From: Reclinomonas americana ATCC 50394
Taxonomy: Eukaryota
Direction: 5' to 3'
Assembly (NCBI GenBank): GCA_048213135.1
Contig: PS015130.1
Coordinates: 3,584 to 55,444 of the forward strand
DNA length: 51,861 nt
Shown: piece after piece, positions 51,001-51,861 of the stretch
How the letters are laid out: every line of letters begins with the position of its first letter
How positions within the stretch are numbered: position 1 is the stretch's first letter
Notes under the pieces: generated by a model
Database searches by the model: none
The model's input: only the letters and a program-made list of their open reading frames with translations
What the model was told of the DNA's origin: nothing
Program-made: the position numbers and the translations under genes

Positions 51001-51861
51001 GTTGTGAGTTGCTGAACATAACTAGGTAGTACAAGGACCACGACGGCAACACGTACTCTTGCTGCGATCTGCCTCCCAAATCTGGTGCACACGACGCGGC
51101 AGGTACTTGTCGCCATCCTCAAAGGCCGCCGACCACGTTGTCATGGCTGGCGACGATGACTGCCCGTTGGAATCGTCGGGCGCAAACAGCATGTCGGCGA
51201 TGCGCGCACGCACATCGTCGGACGCCTGCGGATCCCACGGACTCATTTCGGGCGAGGTGCGCGACAAGTCTCCCTGATTCTGGATCGAAACATTCGACAG
51301 GTCCACACTTCGACCGACATGCTCGAGAGCGGCATGATGCGGTCGAACAGCCGGACCGTGCGAGACCGCAGGCGAAGCGGCAGACGGCGGCGATGGCGGC
51401 ACCACAAGTGCCGGCTTGAGCGCCTGCGATGGTGGCTCGGGCGAGTACGGTGGCGGCGGTGATTGTGGCACCAACAACATGGGTGTCTCAATCATGTGCC
51501 GCATCGGCGCCGCACCGTCGACGCTGGAGCGTGGATTGGTGATTGTTCCAGCAGCAGCAGATGGCGCAAGATTCGAGGCCCGTGGAGGTGGAATTGCAGA
51601 CGATTGCGCGGTAGGTAGTCGTACCCCCGCGGCATTGACAACGGGAGCCGAAATGGCACGTGCGGGCGGATTGCCGCCTGGCACACTGAGAGTAGACTCG
51701 GAGGACGCAATCGCGCCGCCGGGCGGAACCATCTGCGGTGCCGACCGGCAGTGAGGAACGTAATGGTGGCGGCAGAGACAATCACACGGAATGCGCACAC
51801 CTGCACAGTGGATCCTGAACGGAAAGAGCGAAACATGGATGGACGATTTGCCGCCGATGGC
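45034..51861 (-). CDS. Large protein with VLIG/URGCP-like GTPase region(s) and a C-terminal DH-PH RhoGEF module (5' end outside the window)
   Basis: P-loops FGSDSTTGIGKSAFLNSLL and VVTVVGPRQSGK|STLLNALFG, plus TRGIFL and LLIDTEGL. DH motifs IIREIVTTEAEYVTALE and LIKPIQRIARY, followed by a PH-like segment RRLLHQ...LILFSD. Confidence 0.8.

Overview
GC-rich, intron-dense eukaryotic (probably protist) draft-assembly sequence with N gaps and many CA/CT/GAA microsatellites in introns. Genes from left to right: a glutaminase-family gene (+, 5' end outside the window, catalytic SxxK motif degenerate); a large minus-strand ankyrin / 36-aa-repeat / low-complexity gene; adenylosuccinate synthetase with its halves on opposite strands around an assembly gap; a ~2.5 kb TIR element with a 6-bp target duplication; COP9 signalosome subunit 5; a secreted hypothetical protein; an Rh-type ammonium transporter; an intronless NmrA-like oxidoreductase; a 70-aa Gly-X-Y peptide; an FkbM-type methyltransferase; a tandem DXD glycosyltransferase; GPI-specific phospholipase D; a GT77-like glycosyltransferase; an F-box/LRR/ARM protein; a secreted glycosidase-like protein; and a VLIG/URGCP-like GTPase apparently fused to a DH-PH RhoGEF module. 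The top finding is a candidate circularly permuted tRNA-Pro(UGG) gene at 33026-33110: the 3' part lies upstream of the 5' part, the join falls inside the anticodon stem (position 29/30), and the gene is enclosed in a long leader/trailer duplex with no canonical BHB motif that I can see. Family assignments come from motif recognition by eye, not database searches, and CDS coordinates are whole-gene spans including introns.
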